From NCBI RefSeq assembly GCF_009914755.1, contig NC_060931.1: DNA of 64,000 nucleotides. One strand, written 5' to 3'. Within the stretch, counting starts at the first letter, position 1. Each line of letters starts with the position of its first letter. Below, piece by piece: positions 26,451-39,540 of this stretch. The notes under the pieces are model-generated. The model saw only the letters and a list, made by a program, of their open reading frames with translations. It was not told the DNA's origin and did no database searches. The position numbers were made by a program, and so were the translations under genes. The stretch is from the human T2T-CHM13v2.0 reference genome, Homo sapiens.

Positions 26451-29035
26451 TGTGGGCAATGGGGAGTCACTGGGAATTTTTACTCCTTCACCTCCCCAAA
26501 CGGGCTTGTTTCCCACAGTGGTCCATGTTGTATGGCTGTTCCCACAGCTCCCTTCTACATGCCAGTCTTGTCTTTCCAGGAAAAAGAAAATCTCCTTTTC
26601 TGACTAACTGTAGTCTTGATCTTTCATCCATTCTGCAAAAATGGGATTTTATAGACAGGTAAGGACATTCTCATGAATATATGTGAAGACCATCATTTTA
26701 GGAATTTATTTCACATTCTTGATAGTAGCTTTTAAATGCTTTACTTTATAAAAGTTTTACAGTTTTTTTTTTTCTTTTTCTAATCTGCTTTTTCTAAACT
26801 AGTAAAAGCTAGTTTTCTGGAACTAGGTTACAGACAGACTTTGGCCCATTTAACAAGGTCAGACTGTTTATTCTTGACAGAATTCTTTCCCACTGTAAAA
26901 AGGTACTTTTAAATGCCACATTCCAAAACCAGTGCCAGTAAGCCACTGAAGCATATTTTCCCACAAGAACTGATACCATGTGCAGTCCCTACCTCACTGA
27001 AATCATCCAGCGTTACATAAGGTGCAGATAGTATTTAACGTCACCATGAAATCTATCAACTGAAATATGCCAGCCATGTATTTATAAAACACTTCCGTAC
27101 ATTTCAAAGCATTGGTAACATTTAAAAAAGTAATTATTAAAAATCGAAATGGGAAAAAAGAAAGGGAAGGACAGTGCTAGAAATTTTTTAAAAAGAATTT
27201 AAGACAGAAGAGGAAAATGAATCTTGTAACTTTATATCAGTATCCAAACCTGAAGTAGTAGAGCTTTTTCTCCCTTATTTTGGGGTTTTTATGGTTGAGC
27301 TGTTAAATTTACAGCCCCATTTTTAGATTCTGCCAGCCTTCAAAATAAATATATGAGCAGCGCTAAAGTAAATTCTCCTACGCTTTCCCCTTTTCTCTTT
27401 TGGATGTTTCCCTGAGATTTGAAGGTAGATTATTCCTCCACAGCCAACAGTAAAGTTCAACATTCAAATTTATGAAGGATTTAAAAATCATCAGTATCCT
27501 TGTAGATAGATGCTGGGTGCAACAATGTCACTCACCCTGGGTTTCAATCCCTAGAGAGGGGGAAAGCAGAAAGCAGGAGCAATAAGAGGAATGGTTCAGC
27601 AGCCAAAGACTATCATTTAGAAATGCATTGGGAAGATTAGCAATAAAGTCAATAAATGCATCAGAAAATCCGGCACTACAAAGTAATTGTATAAAAGTCT
27701 GAGCTCAACTTTTGGAGAGACCTACACAGATAACAGGAACATAAATTTAATCTTCTCAAGGACCCAAATGGACTAGATAAAATGACTAAGGGAAACTGCA
27801 ATGCAGAGATTTTCAACCCCTTCTTGGGACACTATGGTTTCTCCAAAGATCCCAAGGGATCTTAGCTTTAAAATAAAAGCATAACATACAGAACATCTAA
27901 GTGCACAAGTCAGGAGATCTGGCAAGGTTTGTGATCTCAAATAAAGAGGGATGAAGCACAATAATTATCTGAAGGTTATGAATGGCTGCCCAGACACACA
28001 TTCAAAGTGTAAATGTTACTCCCTCAGAGCTCAAGTTATTATCAAGGAGTGACGCAGGCAATTGGGAAGATTAGTTGAAAGTTGTGTCTAAAACAAATTA
28101 AAAAAATTTTTTTGGATGCTTATAATTGATGATGCAATGACACAAGCAGCAACATGGAGAATGCAGAGTAGGAAATCCATTCATTGATTCATTTGTAAAA
28201 GCAGGGAGTTGTGAAAGCAATTAAGTTCAAAGAATAGTGAAAAACTGATAAAGAATATGTGCTTATGTTATGTGCTTACCACTTTGGGTAGAAGCGATGG
28301 AAAGACAGAAAGGTAGGTTGGAGCTGAGCTTCAAAAAACTTTGTATGCCATGCTGTAGAGTTACAGTTCATTCTCTAGGCACTGGAGAATCGTAAGGATT
28401 CATTCATTCATTCACCATGTACTCAAGTGCCCACCTCGTGCAAGGAAGGCACTGTAGGAAATGCTAAAATACATTATTTGGACTGAGTGAATAAAAATGG
28501 ATATGGCCAATGTTACAGAATTTGAGAAACATTATCTTGACTCAGAAACTTACACTATGATATTATCAAAGCCTAAGCAAAATATTGCCACCTCTCCTTT
28601 CCTTAAAAGGAAGCAGTGACAGCTCTAAAATACAAGCAGCTCACGTGTCCAAAGAATTAAAGAGGACACAAAAATCCAAATTATTGAAATGTTGCTTTAT
28701 ATTCAATTCCAAGGACCATGTCTCATACTCCTATGAGTATGAATATAACACTTGCGTTGAGTTAAGCAAATTTAGGGGAGATGGAATTATCTCATTAAAT
28801 AGAACTCTTCAGAGAAGCCCCTAAACTAGCACAGAGGCATATTCCCAAAAATGTTAAATGTAGGAGGCAAAATGTTTTTTCATCTTCTGGATCCCTGAGA
28901 AGCCCTTTACTTGAAAAACTTTCTGAAGCATATGGTCTCATTAATCTTAAGACAATGCTTAGTCTTTATATCCAGTTTGGCCTCAGGCTTTTGAGATTTT
29001 GAATGGCATCATATAGGGTGTCCGTATGAAAAACA

Positions 29036-29311
29036 GGCCCAGGCATGGTAGCTCATGTCTGTAATCTCAGCACTTTGGGAGGCTGAGACAAGAGGATTGC
29101 TTGAGGAATTTGAGATCAGCCTGGGCAACATAATGAGACCCCCATCTCTTAAAAAAAAAAAGAACGTAGCTGGGCGTGGTGGTGTGAACCTGTAGTCCTA
29201 CTACTTGGGAGGCTGAGGCAGGAGGATGGCTTGAGCCCAGGAGTTGGAGCCTGCACTAAGCTATGACTGTGCCATTGCACTCTAGCCTGGACGACACAGC
29301 AAGACCTGGTC
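29036..29311 (+). mobile_element. AluJ (Jo-like)
   Basis: Dimeric Alu with J-type features. Confidence 0.92.
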
Positions 29312-29515
29312 AAGGAAAGGAAAGGGGAAAGGAAAGGGAAAGGGGAAGGAGAAGGGGAAAGGAAAGGAAAAAGGAAGGAAGGAAGGAAGGGAGGGAGGGA
29401 GGGAAGGAAGAAAGGAAGGGAAAGGAAAGAAGAAAGAAAGAAAAAGAAAGAAAGAAAGAAAAGAAAGAAAAGAAAAGAAAAAGAAAGAAAGAAAAGAAAA
29501 AGAAAGAAAGAAAGA
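29312..29515. repeat. 204-nt pure A/G tract: (GGAAA)n, (GGAA)n, (GGGA)n, (GAAA)n; expanded Alu tail
   Basis: No pyrimidine on the plus strand between 29312 and 29515. Confidence 0.97.
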
Positions 29516-29639
29516 CAGACAACCAGATTCTCTGTATCATACCCTGATAGATGCTGGCTGAACAAATGTAGGAAAAAAGCAAGGAACTTCTGGCTCTTTC
29601 TCCGAGTAAAACATCCTCCAGGCAGTAGCATTACAGTTG

Positions 29640-30700
29640 AACTGTTTTTGTCCAGAACTAATTCGCAACAGTGACCACTTATGAAGGAGCTAGAATTAGG
29701 TGAGTCAAATGAATGACTATCTTTTATAAACAAGGGAATCAGTCATTTGATTCACTTCGCAAATCCACTTGGTGCAATTAGATAGCCACATGCATGCACA
29801 TGCACCAACAGCAGCTTTCTGTGCAGTATGGAATACATTCTCTTTCTACATGGCAGAAATTCTCACAGTGGTCATCGATATTTGCCTTCACCGTGGAGGC
29901 AGAGCTAACCTATCAGATGGTAACTCAAATGTGTTTTATTACCACTGAGAACGCGCAGTGGAGAATCTGGATGGGTTTTCATGTTTGTTTTGGCTCTGGC
30001 ATTTTCCATGTACCCAGCCCTGGGAATCCTAAAGAAAACGTGTCCTGTTCCCAGCTCTGTGCACTGCCCCCATTGTGTTCCACTTCCCTCACTGGTGAAA
30101 GTGAAAACGAAACCGGCACAAACCCTCCATTGTTAACTATGAAATATGTACTGGCAACTGGATGTTTTAACAAAACAGACCTGGTTGTGTCATGGCAAGA
30201 TGTTGAGAGGGGAAGGAGTCACAGGAGCCCTTCCTGCTTCAGAGGTGTGTCCTGCACTTTCGCTGAGGTGCCGAGGCGACGGGGCTTTGGGTTTTTTCCA
30301 TTATACTCATGTAATGTTCTTGGTTTGATTTATTCAGTATGCACTGGCAGCTTTTGGAGGCTTCTGTGGGAGCTACTCGGCTGCCCAAGCCGAGGCACAA
30401 ACCCTGCCAGGTCTCCATAGTAAATACAACACGCACGAAGAGGAAACAAGCATAAACAATTTATTTTCTCCTGTAAAAGATGACATTGTTCTCCGATCTC
30501 TGGTCCTGCTTCACTTTGTCACTTGGTGGTGCCAACTGGGTGCCGTGGAATGAGTTATTCCAAACACACACACACACCCCAAGCACGAATTGCATGACGC
30601 GCACATTCACAGGGCCCACATCCAGGCGCGTTCAACAGGAGGATGCTGGTGACCTCTTTAAGCATCCCACATTTTGACCTGGGTAAGGAGGGAGGGCTTC
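29640..30700. promoter_or_regulatory. Candidate intronic enhancer
   Basis: No recognisable repeat and CpG-retaining. TGAGTCA at 29701, TTCGCAA twice, CACTTCC at 30081, GAAAGTGAAA at 30097. Confidence 0.45.
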
Positions 30701-31098
30701 CCTGGCCCTTAGCCTAGGCAGGTTCTTGAGCCTTATCATATGGCCTCATAAAACCATATCCCTTTCCTTTATTGCATTTATCTCTGTTTCTAACTAGACA
30801 TTTCTTTGTGTGACTATCTGATTCAGATCTATCTCTCCATCTCGCTTGTAAGCTCTCTGACCTTGTCCATTTCCATTCACCATCATCCCTCAGCTTCACT
30901 GACAGCGTCTGCACATAGAAAGTGATCAGTAATTATTTGTTGACTGAAAGCCACAACTCCATTTCATTGATTTTCTCCCCTAGGCTTATCAAAGTTTCTG
31001 AATCCACGAGGTTCCGTTAGTGTTACTAAATGCTATCAACACTGAGGTCAGAGTAAGGAAGGAATATCATCAGAGGCACAGGAAGGGGATGTAAGTAA

Positions 31099-31255
31099 TT
31101 TTTTTTTCTTCAACTTTAAGTTCCAGGGTACATGTGCAGGATGTACAGGTTTGTTACATAGGTAAACGTGTGCCATGGTGGTCAGCTACACAGACCATCC
31201 CATCACCTGGGTATCAAGTCCAGTATTCATTAGCTATTCTTCCTGATGCTTTCCC
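31099..31255 (-). mobile_element. Short L1PA 3'-end insertion
   Basis: T-tract followed by gggtacatgtgcaggatgtacaggtttgttacataggtaaacgtgtgccatggtgg; TSD-like gtaattttt / gcaattttt. Confidence 0.88.
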
Positions 31256-34200
31256 TGGCAATTTTTGTAATACTTCTGGTATTAAATAAGTTAATGATCT
31301 CAAATAAAGCAATATTGGGAATCTTATCAGTTACAGATTTAAAAAAAAATTTCCAAAATTAAGTTTTGTACTTTGTACAGCTGTCGAATAAAAGTCTTCT
31401 CATGTTTAACATTTACTTGTTGTCTTTTTGTAATTTCTATGGAATAAAGGGTGTTTTCAGAACATGTATATCTTTTATTAGTGAAGGTAATATGGAAAAA
31501 AAGATTCTTGGAGAAAGAGAATATAATTCACTTAGTGAGAATTTTATTAAGTCACTAAAAAGATGGGAACATACTCCCACTCTTCCATTATGGTACAAAG
31601 AGGAATGTTTCTCTAAACTATACAGGTGTGTTTGGCACAGGCATTTGAAGGAAAAATGCTAACTTCATGAATAGCATTAAATGATTGTATAAAGGCCCCA
31701 AAAATACAAAGATACTGAGGTACCAAAAAGAATGACCTCATTTTAGGGTACACTTCTCTCTACCCACGGATGGCTTTATGATGGCTGTCCTGGGGAGTGG
31801 CTGGCTCTAACTGCCTGGGTGTTGGCAATCACCTGTGGTATAAAAACATCAATACTGGCATTGCCTTGGGTGGTCCTTACAGTATTCCCATGTACACTGA
31901 GAGCAGCACAATGAATGTGCTGTTGCAATTATGGACTTGGGTGATTTTAAGGGAGAGGACACAGATAGGACTGAATCAAGAGAATGCTTCATTTTTCCTA
32001 AGCAATGATACTTTTATAAGACATTCAGGTGCACAATGTGGCAAAAGTTTTATTGAGGTCTACATAAAAAAAGAAAACCAGGAGGCACCAGTTCATGACC
32101 CAGTGTTCCTCACTGTGTCAAAATGTGGCATGAGCTAGTTGTCTGTTTTTGGTTTTATTATTTTAACAAGACTTAAAAAATATTCTTTAAAAATGGACTC
32201 CTAAACATTTGTGGAACCTCTAAATACCCTTTGTAGAATCTGAGAGTTCCACAGAACACAGTTTGATACCCTCTTGGGTACTGAATTTTTGGTATGGAGA
32301 AAAGAGGAGTGGGGATAGTGGGCCAGAGCCAGAATATAAACATTAGAATTCTCCAAGCCATTTACAATCTATTTGGTAAATTCAGACTTAAGCTGGTCAC
32401 ACTGCCTGTTTGAATGGCAGTTTCCCCACTTTTCAAAATGAAATGGTTGATAAAGAGTTCCAAGAGCACCAAATCCAATGGCAACAATATCACCCTCCAA
32501 GCTGTATGATTAGGTTTAGAAAAAAAATTAAAGATTTTGCATCATAAATGGGAAGACAAGACTGCTCCCTTCCTGAGCTTGCTGGTCACAGTGCTTCATG
32601 ACTGTCAGAGCCCTCACCAGGGCTGCTGATGATGTTCCTGGCTCTGCTCTAAGACATGTCAGACCCGGGTGCACAGTGAGGTAGGACTGAAATTGCTGGC
32701 TGAGTGGCTGGTCTCTTTTTCCCTTATCTTCACAAAAATAAGTTGCACCATGCACTACATTTCACATGAGAAGGACTTAGAAATGTTGACTTCAGAGTGA
32801 CTCTAAATATAGTTTCAGCTAGTCACAACAGTCATTGTACCGAACAGGTGTATATTCTTGAAACACTTTTGCCAGAGACATTATATAACTTCACATGTCA
32901 TGATTTTTACCTATCAGCTATGTACAATGGAAAGAACTTCCCTGTAACCTGTTCTCATTGGTTTTCCAATGAGAACAAATGTAATAGTTCAATAGAGGTC
33001 AGAGAAGTTAATTTTTCATGGTTTCAGAGAAACTTTTCTGATAAAAATAACCCATGCCAGGTGTTAAATATAACAGGCCCCACTTCTCTTCACATTTCCA
33101 ACTCCTTCTTTGAACCACAAGGGGCCTCATACACATGCTTACGGACACTCCAGTCTGCAAGTCCAAGCTCTGCCCATATGCTGCAAACAGCTGCCCCTAG
33201 GCTTAGGAGTGAACACACAAGTGGCAAAATCCCTATTAGGAGGAAGGATGAGCCCATGCCCTTCCCATTTAGTCAGGGAATTGCAATGTCCTGTGTGCGG
33301 TATGGGGCAGGGGTGGAGGTCTCAAGAGACATGCTTCCTTGGCACCCTGGGTTGTGTGCTCCATGAAGGGAGACAAGGCTGGAGTAGGGCCAGTGTAGGC
33401 TTCTCTAAAGCATGAGATCCAGGTCAGGGGCCCCTCTTGCCTAGGACCAAGGCAAACACTGTTACCATCCACATCTTAATTCTACAACCTTTAAAGAAAA
33501 AGGTATAATACTCTGTATGGGTACATGTGCATACAAGACACTATATTGAGCAGCAAGAACCCAATACCCCATAAAGACACCAGAATGTCATGTTGGAGGC
33601 AGCCTGGCAAAGTTAGGCAAAAGACATTTAACTCTTTGATTAGTCCTCAATTTATCAGATGAGGACAAGATAAGTCATTCAGCCCGATGTTGCATACCAC
33701 CTACAGCTACAACTATGGTCCAGGCTACTGTCCTAAATTAATTTCTACCAAAGGCCAACATATGAAGTATATTCTACTTATGAAACTCGTGTTTCTTAAC
33801 AAGAAACTTGTTTTCACTAGAAAAATAAAATAATAAAGATCATAATATAAAGGGTTATACCTTAAGATGCCTGGAAAGCTTACCTGTCTAGAACAACTAA
33901 TTTCTCAATTAATCCAAAAGATGCCTTGTCTTGAATACTGGCATAGAGCATACTGGCTCAGAAATTAAGGAGAAGTAGTACTTCAGGATCTGTCAGGTGA
34001 TCATGAACTTAAAATGAAAATAAATACTGTTAACTGCTCCCTCAAAGTTCTATATGTAAGAACATTTTGAAGTTTTCAGAAAGAAGCTAATAATACAAGC
34101 TTTTATAATTGTTCAAATAGAAATATCATTTATTATGTAAATATATATATATTAACATAGATAGTAAAAGTTGTCTAGTAATTCACCCATTCTTTCATTT

Positions 34201-34723
34201 AGAGGATGTTAATTATCTTAGAAGAATATGACTCCTCTTCTAAAACTTGCTTTAATAACAAAACACAAGGGGCTAAAGAAAGTCTTCAAATAAGTAAAAT
34301 TACAATAATGCTACATTCCTCTATCTCTACAGCTTTCTGTTCAGGACAGGAAGTTCAATTCATATATGTAATTTGTTCCTGAGGCAGTAGAAAGGATTAT
34401 GATAAAAACAATACACAGACTGTGAACTTGGGTTTGCGTCAACTTTTCACTCCTAACTTGAGATTGAGCTACAGCATGTATTAATAGCTTTCATGATTTT
34501 GAACACAGATATGTGCTGCCAATAAATCAATCAGGACTAGGGTGCAAAATGGACTCAGCCATTTTAAGGTATATGGAGTAAGTCCTTCAGCTTAATATTA
34601 CCAGGTAGCTATGAGGAATATTGACACACATCAAATGAGACCATTAAATGTATAACATAGCTCCTTCTCTATTCCTGTTATGACTCAACTGCTTATATCT
34701 GCAAGTCAGCATTTGTCAATTTA

Positions 34724-35179
<456 letters not shown>

Positions 35180-37570
35180 TTACTCTGGAAACAGAGAGGA
35201 AAAAGAAATTAATTTCTGAAGGGGATACTAGAAAGGGTACCTCTGGAGTCAGGCTTTGCAAGGTAAGTAAAATACTAGCATTTCTCATAGTTTTAAGATG
35301 TCAGTTTTGAATCAGTTAACTTGTAATTCCTTTAACATTCCACAAATTAAGTTGATTCTCAGTTCCTGTATGACATAACCCACTAAAAAATGTGTATTTC
35401 CAGGAAGAGGAGTGTAGTCTTTTTCTCTTCAAGAGACACTAAAAATACATACCAGTTCAGTCTAAAAAACTATGATTCCAAGTTTTTATGTCACCATGTG
35501 TATATAAATCGACGCATTACTATATTAAATGGGTATTTCCTTTAAATAGAAAAATACAAAAGAGTGGGGAAATTTTAAAATGCAGTACCCTGTAGGAACA
35601 TACCCTTTATTATTACCATTAAATTCCAACCGTCACTCTTTCCAATAAAGTCTGATTTTTGTTTTAGAATCCTTCTCAGCTGCTAACATGTTTTACTTAT
35701 GTCACTATAGGAAATATAAAGCATGCAGTATAAACTAGATACTGAAAAATTGTGTATTTATGACTGCCTTTCTCCTTTTCCTCTATGAAATAATTTGTCT
35801 ACATTTTCCTGTTTGAACATATCAACTTTCAGCAAGAATGGAATGTTAATTGATGTTACGCACAAGCTCAAATTTAATAAGCAAAAAAAAAAAAAAAAAA
35901 TCAAACACAAACCAACTGGGTTTCCTGTTTTTATTTATGGTTATTAGTGCCCATTTGGGGGGATTAAAATAAAAGCGTCCATCTCAGTTACAGCTTATCC
36001 TTCCTTCAATTAACGTACCCAAGGAGACAAGTTCCTTCCATCTACTCCCCTGATGACTCTCTGGATCACAAAGCCTATTCAAGCTTCTCCCCAGGGCCCC
36101 AAAACAACATGCGCAACAACTTCCTAGGGAAACTCAAAGCCTACCTCACCCTTCCCACTGGGGAAATACACAGACTCAGCCCTTTCTGGTGTGATTACAT
36201 AAGAATACAAGGGCTTGCTTGACCGTGCTCAAAGCTGAGGCCTATCTTTTAAACATCAACTCGTGCCATTTCTCCTCTAAAGCAATGGTGTATGCTGGGC
36301 AAAGAGGAAATGAGTAGGATTTATCTTCTAACAATGGCAACATTTTCCAAGGAATCCTCTGCATCAAAAGTTCTGATGCCCTAGGAAAAGTCTATAATGT
36401 TTGGAAAGTAACTGGTCTTACGTGTCTAGGTGGTAGCACCCCTATTTTGACTGGGGGCAGGGGGTGGGGAACACTTTTATAAATTGGATTTTTTCCTAAG
36501 GCAAGTTATCTGTCTCAGAGAATTTCTAACTCCTCTCTTGAATTTCTACTTATCAGCTGTAGTATTACTGAAATTTAGGGAAACAATTTTTTGCTGTGCA
36601 GAATGACCAAAGATGTTGCCAATCATTACTTAACAACAGGGCCATGCTGTCCCTGATGTGAGAACCACTTTGAGGCTAAAGATGGACAATACGGATTATT
36701 TTTTTTTATTTCTTTGAATATACAAAGATATTTTCTTTTTTAAAATTCTTTTTCTTAAGACTTAATTTGCTATATATTATTTATTTAATTTACTGTACGT
36801 AAGGCATGAATTTACTGTATGCAAAACAGGTCTTTCAAAGAGAAGGGTATTAATACCTATTTCCAGGCTGCTCTTTTTGTATTTGGGGTGCAGAATTTCA
36901 CAAAAATCCATCTGAGAAATAATGAACTATATGGAGAAATAGAAGCTAACCAATGTCAATAGCTATTATGGTTTTGCAGCTGAATGGCAAAAAGAAACAG
37001 GGTATCATAACTGTTATTTTTTGCCAAAACAGGGCCGTTGGGTTCGCTCTTTCTATTCAGGGTTATATGAGCCTTCACCTGGCATGGCGGTGCTCTACGT
37101 TCATGCATCATCCAAGTTCACTGTGAATTTGATTTCTTCTTTACAGCTGGCACCATAGCTTCAGATGAGTGCATTAACAAACCTGTGTAGGCACTCTGTT
37201 TCTCAAAACCATGATGCTGCAGACAGGTCAACGTTGCTCGTGCTCTTTCTTCCCTGACCTTGAGCTGTGTGTTCCCTAGGCATTGTACATACAGCTCTGA
37301 AAACAGTGGTTATGGCAGAAAGCATTTGGAAACTTGTAACTGATTCCTGTCCAGTGGCTAAGATGCAACAGGCTATTTCTGCAATGGATCCTGTCCACAA
37401 CAAGCCCAGGCTGGATGTGACTGTAGCTGTAAGCAGAATGCTTTCTGCCTACCCACTGCCATATAAAAATGGGCAAAGACATTCTATCCACCAACTAGTC
37501 ATGGGCAGTACTAACATTAGAGACATGGAAGAGGGACAGACTGTCATTCAAAATAGGAAAAATAAGTTTA

Positions 37571-37765
<195 letters not shown>

Positions 37766-38388
37766 CTAATAAAATTAAAAAAAGAAAATCAGTAAACACT
37801 CAAAACGGAAGTTGAGCATTTGCTATGCTGGACGCCGAATCCTTAGCATTTTGTGGCTGCTTGGCATGCGGCAGGCATTTGACAGGTATTGGCTGAATGA
37901 GTGAATTGTCTCCCTTCCTGCCTTTCCACTCCCACACTTTCAAGAACACTGCAAAAAATTTCACTCTCAACCTGTATTTTATTAATGAAAGGACAATTTT
38001 AAAATAGTTTTTGATGGAATAGGAAACATTCTGGAAGGATATCTGCCAAACTGGTTTCAGTGGCTCATGCTGGGGAGAGGAAGGAGGAGGTCGTGAGGGG
38101 ACACTTTTTGCTTCTCTATTGTTTAATGTGCCATTTCAACAATTAAAATCCAGTGAATAATAATATTGTTATTAATGGTGATTATTATTTTATAGCACCT
38201 AGTACTAAACACTCACTATATATCAAGCACTATTCTAAGCATTGTCCACTTAGTAAATAATTTAATCCACACCACAACATTTAGGTAAATAATATCATTA
38301 CACCATTTTACAGGTCAAGAAACTGATACACAGATGTAGGCTACTAATTAGCCCAAAGTCATACTAGCAAGAGAGTGCTGATTAACTG

Positions 38389-38682
38389 TTTGTTTTTTTT
38401 TAAACAGGATCTTGCTCTGTTGCCCAGGCTGGAGTGCAGTGCTGTGATCACGGCTCCCTGCAGACTTGACTTCCTTGGCTCAAGAGATCCTCCTGCCTCA
38501 GCCTCCCAAGTAGCTGGGACCACAGGTGCATGCCACCATGCTAGGCTAATGTTTTTAGTTTTTGCAGAGATGCGATCTCACTATGTTGCCCAGGCTGGTC
38601 TCAAACTCTTGGGCTCAAGCTATTCTCCTGCCTCAGCCTCCCAAAGTGCTGGGATTACAGGTGTGAGCCACCATGCCCAGTC
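38389..38682 (-). mobile_element. AluJ inserted in a MIR (MIR pieces ~38160-38950)
   Basis: Antisense Alu; TSD-like tgattaactgttt / taatcaactgttt. Confidence 0.92.
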
Positions 38683-39384
38683 TTAATCAACTGTTTTAGA
38701 ATATTAACAGAGTCTTGATTTAAACTAGGGTCTGGAAAACCTCGATTCAAATCTCCAATGTATTCCTTTATCAAATCAATGAACAAATGAATACGTAAAA
38801 TAAGGCAAGCCATTTAACCTCTCTAAGGCTTAGTTTCCCTGTCTGTAAAATGGGACAGTAACAAAGCCCACTTTATCATAGGATCATTGTAAAGCACTTA
38901 GCACCATAGTTAATATTCAGTAAATGGCAGCGCTTATTACTGTTATTATTAACCAGTATGGAGGAGCGGATCATTCAGGATATAAACCAATATCAGATCT
39001 TTTTCTAATTTTAGGACCAATACAAATATACACAAGATTTAATACTCAGGGACAGTGTCTGAAGGTAGGAACTAAGACATTGGCCATGATGTCATAATCC
39101 TCTGAAATGTGTGGAAATTAAGAGTGACCTACTCCCCTGACCCAAATATTATAAGAATGGTGTATACAAGGGAGGATGGAGCTGTTTTGTTAATACAAGG
39201 GTTAGAAAAATGACTGGGTACCACCATGGATTTCAGAGCTGGAAGGGGCTGTGAGGATACACTTATCATTGGCCGGACCACTGAATCCTCTCATCGAGAA
39301 CAGTATATTTGGTTACTGGTTTATGGTTTTGGTTCTTCCTTTAGAGTTCGGAGTTCTGTCTTTATATTTTAGCTTGTTCAAAAC

Positions 39385-39540
39385 CAAAGCCTTAGTTTTT
39401 CCTTTTATAAAGTGGAGAAAGTAGCGATTACTTTTCCTACTATTAAGGGGGCTAAATGAAGTAATGTATGCCAAGTGCTTGTACAGTTTCTGGCATATGG
39501 TAAGCACTTGACAAACAGTAATTATTAGGATGATTATTGC
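39385..39540 (+). mobile_element. MIR 3' half
   Basis: ccttagttttcct..taaatgaagtaatgtatg..ctggcatatggtaagcact. Confidence 0.75.

Noticed and set aside
29149-29733. 194-aa Phe/Leu/Ser-rich and 94-aa Lys/Glu/Arg-rich ORFs
   Set aside because: Translations of the purine tract and the Alu.
29794-30420. 208-aa ORF (+), the longest in the window
   Set aside because: No recognisable domain, Cys/Ser-rich random composition, antisense to CDK6, and no supporting gene structure. The region is better explained as regulatory DNA.
32797-33366. 189-aa ORF (+)
   Set aside because: Starts at GTG, no recognisable homology; consistent with chance.
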